From Candidatus Aenigmatarchaeota archaeon (lineage in GTDB: Archaea; Aenigmatarchaeota; Aenigmatarchaeia; CG10238-14; SCSR01), in NCBI GenBank assembly GCA_018920185.1, contig JAHLMT010000001.1:78702-142701 (forward strand): a DNA stretch of 64,000 nucleotides, given 5' to 3'. Positions 48,916-57,508 of this stretch are shown here, piece by piece (positions within the stretch are counted from its first letter, which is position 1; the number at the start of each line of letters is the position of its first letter). A program made the translations under genes and the position numbers. The notes under the pieces were generated by a model, which was given only the letters and a program-made list of their open reading frames with translations, ran no database searches and was not told the DNA's origin.

Positions 48916-49467
48916 ATGCTAAGCAGAAACTTTTTAATTGAATTATTAGAAACAGGACAACTAAGAGTAGACGAAAATGGTCATTTAATCTTGTTTAATG
49001 AATTTGGAATTTTAACGCCCTCTGGAGTAGTTGTTAAACTTAGAGAATTGTTAGAAAGACAATTTGGGGAAAAAGTAGCAGACAAAATTCTTATGAAATT
49101 AGGAGAATATCAAGTAGAAGCTGCAGCAAAACGTTATATTAAAATACTGGGTATACATAGATTAGATAAAAATAAGATAATTCAATTCACAGAAAAAATT
49201 CTTAATGTTCTAGGATGGGGTAAAATTTTAGTTCAACCATTTCATGATAGTATAGTTACAGTTATTATGAAGGAAAGTGCATTAGGAATAAGATATAGAA
49301 AAATGTATAAAAAGAATAGTAAACGACCGATTGATTTTTGGGTTGCAGGCATGTTAAAAAAACACTTTTCAGTTATTTTTGAAACAGAGGTTAAAGTGAA
49401 AGAAACCAAATGTATGGCTATGGGGCATCCTTATTGTGAATTTTTGATAAAGAAGGTTAAACCTTAA
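48916..49467 (+). CDS. V4R-domain protein (predicted small-molecule/hydrocarbon-binding, COG1719-like)
   Basis: The C-terminal V4R signature KCMAMGHPYCEF, and 183 aa. Confidence 0.65.
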   Translation: MLSRNFLIELLETGQLRVDENGHLILFNEFGILTPSGVVVKLRELLERQFGEKVADKILMKLGEYQVEAAAKRYIKILGIHRLDKNKIIQFTEKILNVLGWGKILVQPFHDSIVTVIMKESALGIRYRKMYKKNSKRPIDFWVAGMLKKHFSVIFETEVKVKETKCMAMGHPYCEFLIKKVKP

Positions 49468-50170
49468 TTCCATATGCGGCTTTACCTAACTTCATACCTT
49501 GGTTAGTTATTTCAATAGGAAATATATCGGTTGAATGATTTGTTCTTCTCATTTTTCTTATAATCAAACTTCTTGGTGTACCACCTGCGGCATATTCAAG
49601 ATAATGCAAGATTATAACACCATCAGCTAAAAATTCTTCAAAACCAAATCTACTCAATGCTTTTGTTTCTGTTTCCGGTACTTCAGTTATTAACAAACTA
49701 GTTACATCAAGACTCTTCAAACTTTTCATAAATCCAAAGACTTCAGCTCTGATTTTAGTTAAATCCATTTCACCTACTTTCCATCCCATCGTGGCTATTG
49801 ACAAGCTATCAAGAACAAATCTTTTTGCATCTACTTTCTTCACATAGTTAATAGTTGCAGTTGTTAACTCTTTAATTCCAGTGGGTTCTAAAGGAACAAG
49901 TAAAAATTTACCAGCTTTCATGTATTTCTGGAATTCAGTATCCCACCCAAATCTGCTAACATCTTGTAAAATCTCATCCTCTTTCTGTTCTAGTGTAACA
50001 TATACACCATTCTCCCCTTTCCTTAATCCGTGCAAAAGATATTGCATACAAAACAATGTTTTTCCAGTACCAGTCTGTCCTGCAACTAGATTAACAGAAT
50101 TCTTAACAAAACCACCTTCAATTAATTTATCCAACCCAGGAATCCCACTTTCTACTCTTTCAACCGCCAT
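49457..50170 (-). CDS. KaiC-like / RecA-superfamily ATPase (single domain)
   Basis: GIPGLDKLIEGGF and Walker A LVAGQTGTGKTLFCMQYL. The length of 237 aa is like archaeal KaiC/FlaH-like proteins. Confidence 0.8.
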   Translation of the reverse strand: MAVERVESGIPGLDKLIEGGFVKNSVNLVAGQTGTGKTLFCMQYLLHGLRKGENGVYVTLEQKEDEILQDVSRFGWDTEFQKYMKAGKFLLVPLEPTGIKELTTATINYVKKVDAKRFVLDSLSIATMGWKVGEMDLTKIRAEVFGFMKSLKSLDVTSLLITEVPETETKALSRFGFEEFLADGVIILHYLEYAAGGTPRSLIIRKMRRTNHSTDIFPIEITNQGMKLGKAAYGIKV

Positions 50171-50191
50171 AATTATTATTAAGACTTTTAA

Positions 50192-50650
50192 CTATTTACG
50201 CTTCTTTTTTAATTTGGTTTCAATCTCAACCAATTCTTTAAATAAATCAGAATAGGCAGATTTCAGATCATCTTCACCAATTTCCTTTGCATAAAACTTT
50301 TTCTTGAACTCTTTAATCATCGATCTAATTTCTCGACGTCTTTTTGTAAGGATAGCAGTTTCCAGAGCTTTTGTGTAGAATAAATGTAAAATACTAGCTA
50401 AAATTAAAAGTGCTCCTAGAGAAAGTAAACCTAAAACAAAATGGGGCTCAACTTCTGCAACCAAAATTCGAATCAAGTAGGATATACCAATAAAATCTAA
50501 TCCCAAAGCCATTAGAAAGATGCTAAGTGAAATCCGCTTAAAAGCTTCTTGTGCGAAATAAAAAATCACATAAGGTGCTGTTATAAACACAAAAAAGTTG
50601 ATGAAGTTTACTAAATTCGATATTATAAGCTGAATTTCAGGATTGACCAT
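50192..50650 (-). CDS. small membrane protein, hypothetical
   Basis: A 152 aa ORF with 3-4 predicted TM helices and a charged C-terminal helix. Confidence 0.45.
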   Translation of the reverse strand: MVNPEIQLIISNLVNFINFFVFITAPYVIFYFAQEAFKRISLSIFLMALGLDFIGISYLIRILVAEVEPHFVLGLLSLGALLILASILHLFYTKALETAILTKRRREIRSMIKEFKKKFYAKEIGEDDLKSAYSDLFKELVEIETKLKKKRK

Positions 50651-50668
50651 AATTATTATTTGTTTTTA

Positions 50669-51142
50669 TTAAGTTAGTACACATGTTGCTGGTGGGGATA
50701 CCATTAATTTGCATAATGATTTGAAAATTTCTGTTTCGTTAGCACCAACAAACTTGTCCTCGCCATAAATGCTCAGAATAGTTATTTTTGATTTGTCTAG
50801 AGTTTCGTCAACTATTTCTTCAAGGTAAATGGAGAATAGAGTTGTTTTACCTACGGTAGCTATTGTTTGTTTGTATTCATTAGCAAAAAATTCTAGTGCG
50901 GCTTTTTGATTAACACAATTGTCACATCCCATATTGTATTCAAAAGTGATTAAAGTTGCACCAGATTGTATTAATACATCTGCTAAATTAGGATCAAGCC
51001 GATAATCAATTATGTTCGATTCAGGTAACTTAACTGTTTGTTTAGGATAGAAAGATTGTATGATAGCATATGCAAATGTTGAGAATAACATAACAGCTAT
51101 TAGAAACAATCCTATCCACGATGACTTGAATTTGAATTTCAT
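50669..51142 (-). CDS. membrane-anchored thioredoxin-like protein (CxxC)
   Basis: An N-terminal TM/signal plus FEYNMGCDNCVNQKAALEFF, a CxxC in a thioredoxin-like context. Confidence 0.55.
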   Translation of the reverse strand: MKFKFKSSWIGLFLIAVMLFSTFAYAIIQSFYPKQTVKLPESNIIDYRLDPNLADVLIQSGATLITFEYNMGCDNCVNQKAALEFFANEYKQTIATVGKTTLFSIYLEEIVDETLDKSKITILSIYGEDKFVGANETEIFKSLCKLMVSPPATCVLT

Positions 51143-51175
51143 AAAAATTAATTTTTAATTTTCTAATTTAAGAAC

Positions 51176-51967
51176 ATGGTACTTGAAAAAATTATTACAA
51201 TAAGAGAAGCTATTAGACATCCCTTGTGGATGTTTGTTATCGGTGCTATAGTTTCCGTTATTAGCCTCTTCATTTCCTTCTTAATCTTCTCAGAATCTGT
51301 AGGGTTATTCACAAGTGTTTTGGTGACTTTCATCATGACACCTTTCATGGTTAATCTTCTCACATACGAAGCATTCATGACAGAAGTTGAAATCAAAAGA
51401 AGAATAAAATCAAATTTTTTCCAAAGACATGCAGATATGCTTCTGATTTATACAGCATTCTTTTCAGGCATGGTAGTTGCTTTATCCTTAACTTTTATAT
51501 TTTTGCCTGATCCGACTGTGGAAAAACTTTTTGCTGACCAAATAACAGAAATTAAGCTTATCAGAGGCAGTTTCTTGATTTCTAGCACATTTCTAAAGAT
51601 AGCCACTAACAATATTGGTGTTCTTGTGTTGGCTACTTTGTTCGCTTTTATCTTCGGTTCTGGAGCGATATTTATCTTGTCTTGGAATGCTTCTGTACTT
51701 TCTACTGCAATTGGTTTGACAGCTAAATCGATTGGCGGTTTATCAGGAATACCTGTCGCACTTATTACATATCTCCCGCATGGTGTGTTTGAAATAATGG
51801 CCTACTTTCTAGCCGGTATAGCAGGAGGAATATTATCAGCTGTGACTATGAGAAGAAAAACCGAATTGTTTGGTGTAATGGTTTTGGATAGTGTAAAAGT
51901 GCTTGCATTAGCTATATTATTGTTATTGGTTGGGGCATGGATAGAGACTTTAATGATTTCGGCATAA
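51176..51967 (+). CDS. SpoIIM/DUF95-family membrane protein
   Basis: A polytopic protein with the motif region LPHGVFEIMAYFLAGIAGG. Confidence 0.6.
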   Translation: MVLEKIITIREAIRHPLWMFVIGAIVSVISLFISFLIFSESVGLFTSVLVTFIMTPFMVNLLTYEAFMTEVEIKRRIKSNFFQRHADMLLIYTAFFSGMVVALSLTFIFLPDPTVEKLFADQITEIKLIRGSFLISSTFLKIATNNIGVLVLATLFAFIFGSGAIFILSWNASVLSTAIGLTAKSIGGLSGIPVALITYLPHGVFEIMAYFLAGIAGGILSAVTMRRKTELFGVMVLDSVKVLALAILLLLVGAWIETLMISA

Positions 51968-51983
51968 CTGTAGAAGTTTTTGA

Positions 51984-52379
51984 TTAAACACAAGTTACAG
52001 AAGCTGTGATGCTCCTTCCAGTTGGTGGGGTGATTCTATAAATACAGTCCCTTGTCCCACTTCCTAAGCATGTATCATCAAAGTTAACAGTGGTACCGGG
52101 TTGTATGGTTATGGATTGTGTGCTTACTGTATTGGTACAAGGTGTCCCTGTATCTCCAGCAGGTGCAGTCTGCAAACATGTAAATGACGATATAGTCTCA
52201 GTACCTGCATTTCTTAAAACCAATCTAACAGATGTCCCAGAACAAGAACCCTCAACAACTTCTAAGCCTTGTGACGTACGTGTATAAACGCCAGAAATAT
52301 TCAAGTAAGCCATTCCTCCAAGTGCGACGACAATCAACAAAATCAGAATAGTAGCTATAATAGTTGATATACCTTTCAT
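51984..52379 (-). CDS. archaeal type IV pilin (class III signal peptide), Cys-containing
   Basis: The N-terminus MKGISTIIATILILLIVVALGGMAYLNISGVYT is paralogous to the N-terminus of the 1582-2613 protein. The mature domain is 131 aa and Thr/Gly-rich. Confidence 0.75.
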   Translation of the reverse strand: MKGISTIIATILILLIVVALGGMAYLNISGVYTRTSQGLEVVEGSCSGTSVRLVLRNAGTETISSFTCLQTAPAGDTGTPCTNTVSTQSITIQPGTTVNFDDTCLGSGTRDCIYRITPPTGRSITASVTCV

Positions 52380-52472
52380 CGATATCTTTAAATAATTTAT
52401 ACTTCTTCATTTATAAAGGTTTTTTTTGCTTTTTGACTATTTGTCAGTAATTATTTTAGTATAATTCTGAAA

Positions 52473-55127
52473 TTATTCTAAATAAATTGCAGGTTTACCA
52501 TATTTAGCTCTTGAGGCTTTACCTTCAGGATCGTATTTCTCTTTATCCGAAGCTTTGTATAGCTCTATTTTTTTAAAAGAAAATGTTTTCTGCAAATATT
52601 GTAAAGATTCCTTGAAGTAATTCAATTCCTTATCTGTCACAAAATATAAATAAGCATTTTTCTTTTCTCCTGCTAACTTCAAAACTTGATTTAGGTCTTC
52701 TTGAGTTTTTTTGAAAATATTTTCTAGTTCTAAAACATCTCTATTAATTTTCTTCTCATCAAATGTAGGCCAGGGGCCTAAGGAAATGAAATTTTTGTTG
52801 CCCAATCTCGACCACAACTCTTCAGCAATATGTGGCGTGAAGGGCGTAACCAACTTTAATGCTGTGGATATACCTTCTTTCAGAATAGTTCTATTACAAT
52901 TTCTAATACCACCACATCTTTCAATGTAATGTTCCAATTCATTTAAAAGTTGAAATACACTATATTGGATTCCTGATCTGAACTTCATTAATTCGTAATT
53001 TTCTGTGGCTTCTTTGATACAATTTTGTAATATAGTTTCCATATATTTGTCTAAATTATTTGGCGAATTTCTTTTAGCTTTCCTCCAGTTTTTAACAAGT
53101 AGCTCTAAAAATTCAAGTCGAGAAGAAAATGCTTTTAAGGAATCTTCTCTCCAATCTGCATCGTCCATATTTTCATTTGCTGCAGCAATATTAATTCTTA
53201 CTAAATCAGCACCATATTTCTGAATCAAATCTTTCAATGGTATAATATTACCACGAGATTTAGCCATTTTTTCGCCCCCAACTTTTACGAAGCCATTAAC
53301 ACCATAAGCTTTAGGCCAATACTTCTGATCATCCCAGATTGCGACATGATGAAAAAGTGCGTAAGTTAGATGGTTTTGGATTAAATCTTTACCAGAATTC
53401 CTTAAATCAAATGGATAGAAATATTCAAATTCCTCTCTCATTTCTTTTATTAGATCCTCATTTAATTTCGATTTTTTACTAATTTCTTTTGAATTACCTT
53501 TGCCCAAGAACACATAGTCAAAAATCTCATCAGTTAATTTTTCAGCAGGTATTTCATTTTCATTGATAACTCTTGCTATTGTATAATATGCCATATAAAT
53601 TACAGAATCGCTTAAAGTTTCGACTATCCATTCTTTATCCCACGGTAACTTTGTACCCAATCCACTTTTTCTTGCACACGCTTTATCATCCAACCAATCA
53701 ACAGTGTTGAGGAATTGTATCCTAGCTTCTTCAGGATAGAATTTCATTTGTTGGATGCACTGCTTTACCTTTTCTTTCCATCCTTTGTCAGAAAATTTCA
53801 AGAACCACTGATTTTCTAAAATTTTAACATGACATCTGTGTGTGCAGCGGCATATAACAGGATTACTAGCTTCCCACATCTTGTCTGCAATATTTTGATT
53901 AACGAAATCTTCTATCAATGCATTCTTAACTTCTGAAACTTTTTTACCAGCATACTTTCCACAAATTTCTCTAAGAATTCCTGTATGGTACTCTTTTTTG
54001 TAAACTATAGATGTTGCCTCCTCTAATTTCTCAGTTTCTTTCGTAGATTTTATTCCCATTTTTTCAGAAACCTCAACCGCAGGACATTCACCAAAACCTT
54101 CGACTTTTATTACAGAAATCGGCTGAATTTTCTCACCTAGTTCTTTCAAAGCCACATAGTCATAAGGCGCATGTGCAGGTACTGACATTACTATTCCTGT
54201 AGCTGTTGCCGGATCTACAAACTCACCTGGAAGTATAGGAACAGATTTATTAGTAACAAGATTTGTAACTGATTTGTTGATTAATTCTTTGCTAGAAATT
54301 CCGCCTAAAATCTCAACGTCTCTTAACTGATCTTTAAATTTTTCTATAGTTTCTTGAGTAACAATCCAGACTTCATTTTTAATTTTTACTTTTACATGGT
54401 TTGCTTTAGGATTAATCCAGAGATTTGTTACACCATAAATTGTTTCTGGTCTTAATGTCGCACATGGTAAGATTTCACCTGAATCGAGTTTGAACTTCAA
54501 TAAAACAAATTCAATCGGGCTTTCTCCTTCACCTTTCAATCTGTCGTGATCGCCTGTAGGCGATTGATCATGTGGACACCAAATTACAGGATGGGTTCCT
54601 TGAGTGACATAGCCTTTCTTTCTTAATGTATTGTACTGCCATTCAATGAAACGATTATAAGTTGGTGTGATAGCAGTAACAAAAGTCCTTCTCCAATCGA
54701 TAGAATAGCCGATAGATTTAAAATCTTCGATAAAACCTTTCATCCAAAATCTTGCAACTGTCTCAGCACCACCACTAACGAATTCTTTCAAATCTTTATC
54801 AGTAGCCCCATATAACTTAAACGTTTCGATCTGTGTCTTGTCACCTTGCTTTAATCTTTCTACAGTTCCCAGTATAGGTTCACCGGTTGCATGAAAACCT
54901 TGTGGAAATAAAACATTGAATCCCTGCATTCTTTTAAATCTTGCGTAAACATCACCGCGGGTAAAAGTAAAACCAGCACCTATATGTGGCCTGCCATTTA
55001 GGTAAGGATAAGGAATTGTGATAAAGAATTTTTTCTTTTTTGGATTTACATTAGCTTCGAAGATTTTTGCTTTAGCCCATTTGGTCTGCCATTTTCGTTC
55101 TATTTTTTTAAAATCCATAAAAAACAC
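52473..55127 (-). CDS. leuS: leucyl-tRNA synthetase (archaeal type)
   Basis: N-terminal MDFKKIERKWQTKW, HIGH-type PYPYLNGRPHIGAG, KMAKSRGN, and a CP1 editing domain. The true start is probably the MDFKK Met, about 55118. Confidence 0.9.
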   Translation of the reverse strand: MFFMDFKKIERKWQTKWAKAKIFEANVNPKKKKFFITIPYPYLNGRPHIGAGFTFTRGDVYARFKRMQGFNVLFPQGFHATGEPILGTVERLKQGDKTQIETFKLYGATDKDLKEFVSGGAETVARFWMKGFIEDFKSIGYSIDWRRTFVTAITPTYNRFIEWQYNTLRKKGYVTQGTHPVIWCPHDQSPTGDHDRLKGEGESPIEFVLLKFKLDSGEILPCATLRPETIYGVTNLWINPKANHVKVKIKNEVWIVTQETIEKFKDQLRDVEILGGISSKELINKSVTNLVTNKSVPILPGEFVDPATATGIVMSVPAHAPYDYVALKELGEKIQPISVIKVEGFGECPAVEVSEKMGIKSTKETEKLEEATSIVYKKEYHTGILREICGKYAGKKVSEVKNALIEDFVNQNIADKMWEASNPVICRCTHRCHVKILENQWFLKFSDKGWKEKVKQCIQQMKFYPEEARIQFLNTVDWLDDKACARKSGLGTKLPWDKEWIVETLSDSVIYMAYYTIARVINENEIPAEKLTDEIFDYVFLGKGNSKEISKKSKLNEDLIKEMREEFEYFYPFDLRNSGKDLIQNHLTYALFHHVAIWDDQKYWPKAYGVNGFVKVGGEKMAKSRGNIIPLKDLIQKYGADLVRINIAAANENMDDADWREDSLKAFSSRLEFLELLVKNWRKAKRNSPNNLDKYMETILQNCIKEATENYELMKFRSGIQYSVFQLLNELEHYIERCGGIRNCNRTILKEGISTALKLVTPFTPHIAEELWSRLGNKNFISLGPWPTFDEKKINRDVLELENIFKKTQEDLNQVLKLAGEKKNAYLYFVTDKELNYFKESLQYLQKTFSFKKIELYKASDKEKYDPEGKASRAKYGKPAIYLE

Positions 55128-55154
55128 TTGATTAATTGATTAAAAATCATATGA

Positions 55155-56087
55155 TTAAGCTTTTGTATCTAGCAATCTGAGTGTTTCCAAATGTTCTTTT
55201 ACTTCTTCTGCATCAAATTGTAGCTCATTATAACCCTTCTGGTGGTGAAGATATTGTGAAAGATGATACAACCATAAGAAATACCTGTAACTATTTATAA
55301 CACGTTTTACTTCATCAGATGTCAACTTTAACAAATTTATGTCATGCATCCATATCAATCTTTCGGCTGTATTTGTTGGCATTTCTAAAATTGCATGTCC
55401 ATATCCTTTTTCGATTAAATTATAGAGTTCTTCTAAAATTTTAAGCTGGACATATCTCAAGGGACCGTACTTGAATGAACGAGCTTCCCCACCACCATTG
55501 TCGGTCTGATAAAGTGCAAGACCTCTGTTTAAATCGAAATGGGTAATAAATGAACCTTTAAATTTTTGGCAACCGGTTTCCATAATTCGTTGGCTTTCTT
55601 TTCTCTTGTCTCTTATCTTCCTCATTATTCTAGTATCTCTCATTTCTTCTATAACTTTCTTTTTAGCTTGTTGTAAATATTCCTCATCACCACCAACAAC
55701 AAAGCCATCTAAAACTCTACTCGGGAAAACTCTATTTGGATCATTCATGTAAAATGACATACAAGATCCGAAATCCTTCACCTCTAAATCTGGAAGTGAC
55801 TCAACATTAGGTAGATCGCCCACTATTACATATTCTACTGGTGAAGAAGGATACCCTTCTAATCTACCATTACTACCAGTAATTATTAAAGCCATATGAG
55901 GAAATTCGAGAGTTGATAATGCTCTACGAGTCATTCGATTAAATCTTTCGTTCGCATCTCTTACACGTCTAACATAAGTCCTGTAATCAGCGAAGGGAGA
56001 AAGTGGTGGAAAAGGCGTTCCGTAGAGCGTTGAATAATCATTTAACTTGTTTCTTAAATTTCTTAGAAAGGTATTATCGATTGTCAT
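55155..56087 (-). CDS. hypothetical protein (310 aa)
   Basis: A long ORF whose start overlaps the upstream 81 aa ORF. The segment TGSNGRLEGYPSSPVEYVIVGD is weakly nucleotidyltransferase-like but lacks the catalytic Asp pair. Confidence 0.45.
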   Translation of the reverse strand: MTIDNTFLRNLRNKLNDYSTLYGTPFPPLSPFADYRTYVRRVRDANERFNRMTRRALSTLEFPHMALIITGSNGRLEGYPSSPVEYVIVGDLPNVESLPDLEVKDFGSCMSFYMNDPNRVFPSRVLDGFVVGGDEEYLQQAKKKVIEEMRDTRIMRKIRDKRKESQRIMETGCQKFKGSFITHFDLNRGLALYQTDNGGGEARSFKYGPLRYVQLKILEELYNLIEKGYGHAILEMPTNTAERLIWMHDINLLKLTSDEVKRVINSYRYFLWLYHLSQYLHHQKGYNELQFDAEEVKEHLETLRLLDTKA

Positions 56088-56319
56088 AATTCCTCAACCT
56101 CTTCCCATATCTACGAACGATATTTTCAGGATTTATCCCACTCAATAATGCTCTTGCGTCACGATTTGGTATTCTTGGGGGATAGCTATTTCGATTGTTA
56201 GCATTTCGATCATCAGCAACACGGAGATGGTAAGAATTATAACCATATCTTTGTACAAGTTCTACCCGACCTAATTCAGGAACACTAAAAATCCTAAGCA
56301 CTTTGTAGGAACTACTCAT
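56074..56319 (-). CDS. small Arg/Asn-rich basic protein, hypothetical
   Basis: An 81 aa low-complexity, basic ORF (RNANNRNSYPPRIPNRDARALL) overlapping the downstream gene start by 14 nt. Confidence 0.35.
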   Translation of the reverse strand: MSSSYKVLRIFSVPELGRVELVQRYGYNSYHLRVADDRNANNRNSYPPRIPNRDARALLSGINPENIVRRYGKRLRNYDNR

Positions 56320-56590
56320 TTGTCATCACCAGAATAACAAAATTAACTATTAACTCTTTCAACCAGGTCCTCTGCTTATTTGCAGAATCCTCCCCTATTG
56401 CCCCTTTGAAATAACTTTAAAGGCCCATAGAGGAAGTGTAAACAGATTTGTGATTAGGTAAATAATTCTAGAAAAGATATCTCTCATTATACTTTTGGCC
56501 GATTCAATTGAACTCATCAACAACCACTAGGGTTATTTCCATATTTCATTAAAACTTTAAAGTTTATAAATATTATAGATAGATTACTAC

Positions 56591-56713
56591 GCCCCTATAG
56601 CTCAGTTTGGATAGAGCAACGCACATAAAGGTTGAACCTTCTATCTATCTGAAAAGAAGGATTGATAAAAGGATGAAAGGCGGAGGTCGTGGGTTCAAAT
56701 CCCACTGGGGGCA
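56591..56713 (+). tRNA. intron-containing tRNA (123 nt precursor), isotype unresolved
   Basis: An acceptor stem GCCCCTA/TGGGGGC with discriminator A, D-arm GCTC-AGTTTGGATA-GAGC, variable loop AGGTC, and T-arm GTGGG-TTCAAAT-CCCAC. About 49 extra nt lie in the anticodon region, including the hairpin CCTTCT...AGAAGG. The mature anticodon stem could not be reconstructed unambiguously. Confidence 0.6.
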
Positions 56714-56749
56714 TATCTTTAAACAAAACAAAATAAATTATTTGATTAA

Positions 56750-57508
56750 ATGACCAGAATTATTAGTATAGCATCTGGTAAAGGTGGTGTTGGTAAGACA
56801 ACATTAGTTTCTAACTTGTCCCATGTTTTAACAGAATTAGGTAAAGATGTTACAGTTATTGATGCAAATTTAACTACACCTCATCTTGGTTTGCATCTAG
56901 GATTTCATATGGTTCCTAAATCTTTACATGATTTTTTGAGAGGTGATGCAAAATTAAAAGATATAATTTATTATCACCCATATGGTTTCAAAGTAATACC
57001 AGCGGGATTGTCTGTAAATGAGTTAATTGGAGTTGATGCAAACAAACTACAAAATCTTACATTAAATCTCCTAGGTAAAACAGATTTTATCTTGCTTGAC
57101 TCAGCACCCTCTTTAGGCAAAGAAGCAACTTTGTCATTAAAAATCTCGGATGAGATACTTTTACTAACAAATCCAAATATACCTGCTGTACTTGATATCT
57201 TGAAAGTTGCTAAAATTGCAGAAAATTTAAACAAGGTCATTCTTGGCATAGTTGTTAATCGGGTTAATAGAAAAGAAAACGAATTATCTTTAAAAGAAAT
57301 AGAAGATCTTGTTAAATATCCTGTAATTAGTGAAATACCAGAAGACATCAACGTGCAGAAATCATTAACTGCTAGAAGGGCATTGGTTGATTATAATCCT
57401 GAATCTCCTGCTGCAATAGAAATGAGGAAGTTGGGATATTTTCTTGTTGGTAAAGAATTCAATTACAAGCAGAGTTTTTTAAAAAGATTATTTAGTTGGT
57501 TTAAATAG
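56750..57508 (+). CDS. minD: MinD/ParA-family P-loop ATPase
   Basis: Deviant Walker A ASGKGGVGKTT, LDSAPS, and 252 aa. Confidence 0.85.
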   Translation: MTRIISIASGKGGVGKTTLVSNLSHVLTELGKDVTVIDANLTTPHLGLHLGFHMVPKSLHDFLRGDAKLKDIIYYHPYGFKVIPAGLSVNELIGVDANKLQNLTLNLLGKTDFILLDSAPSLGKEATLSLKISDEILLLTNPNIPAVLDILKVAKIAENLNKVILGIVVNRVNRKENELSLKEIEDLVKYPVISEIPEDINVQKSLTARRALVDYNPESPAAIEMRKLGYFLVGKEFNYKQSFLKRLFSWFK

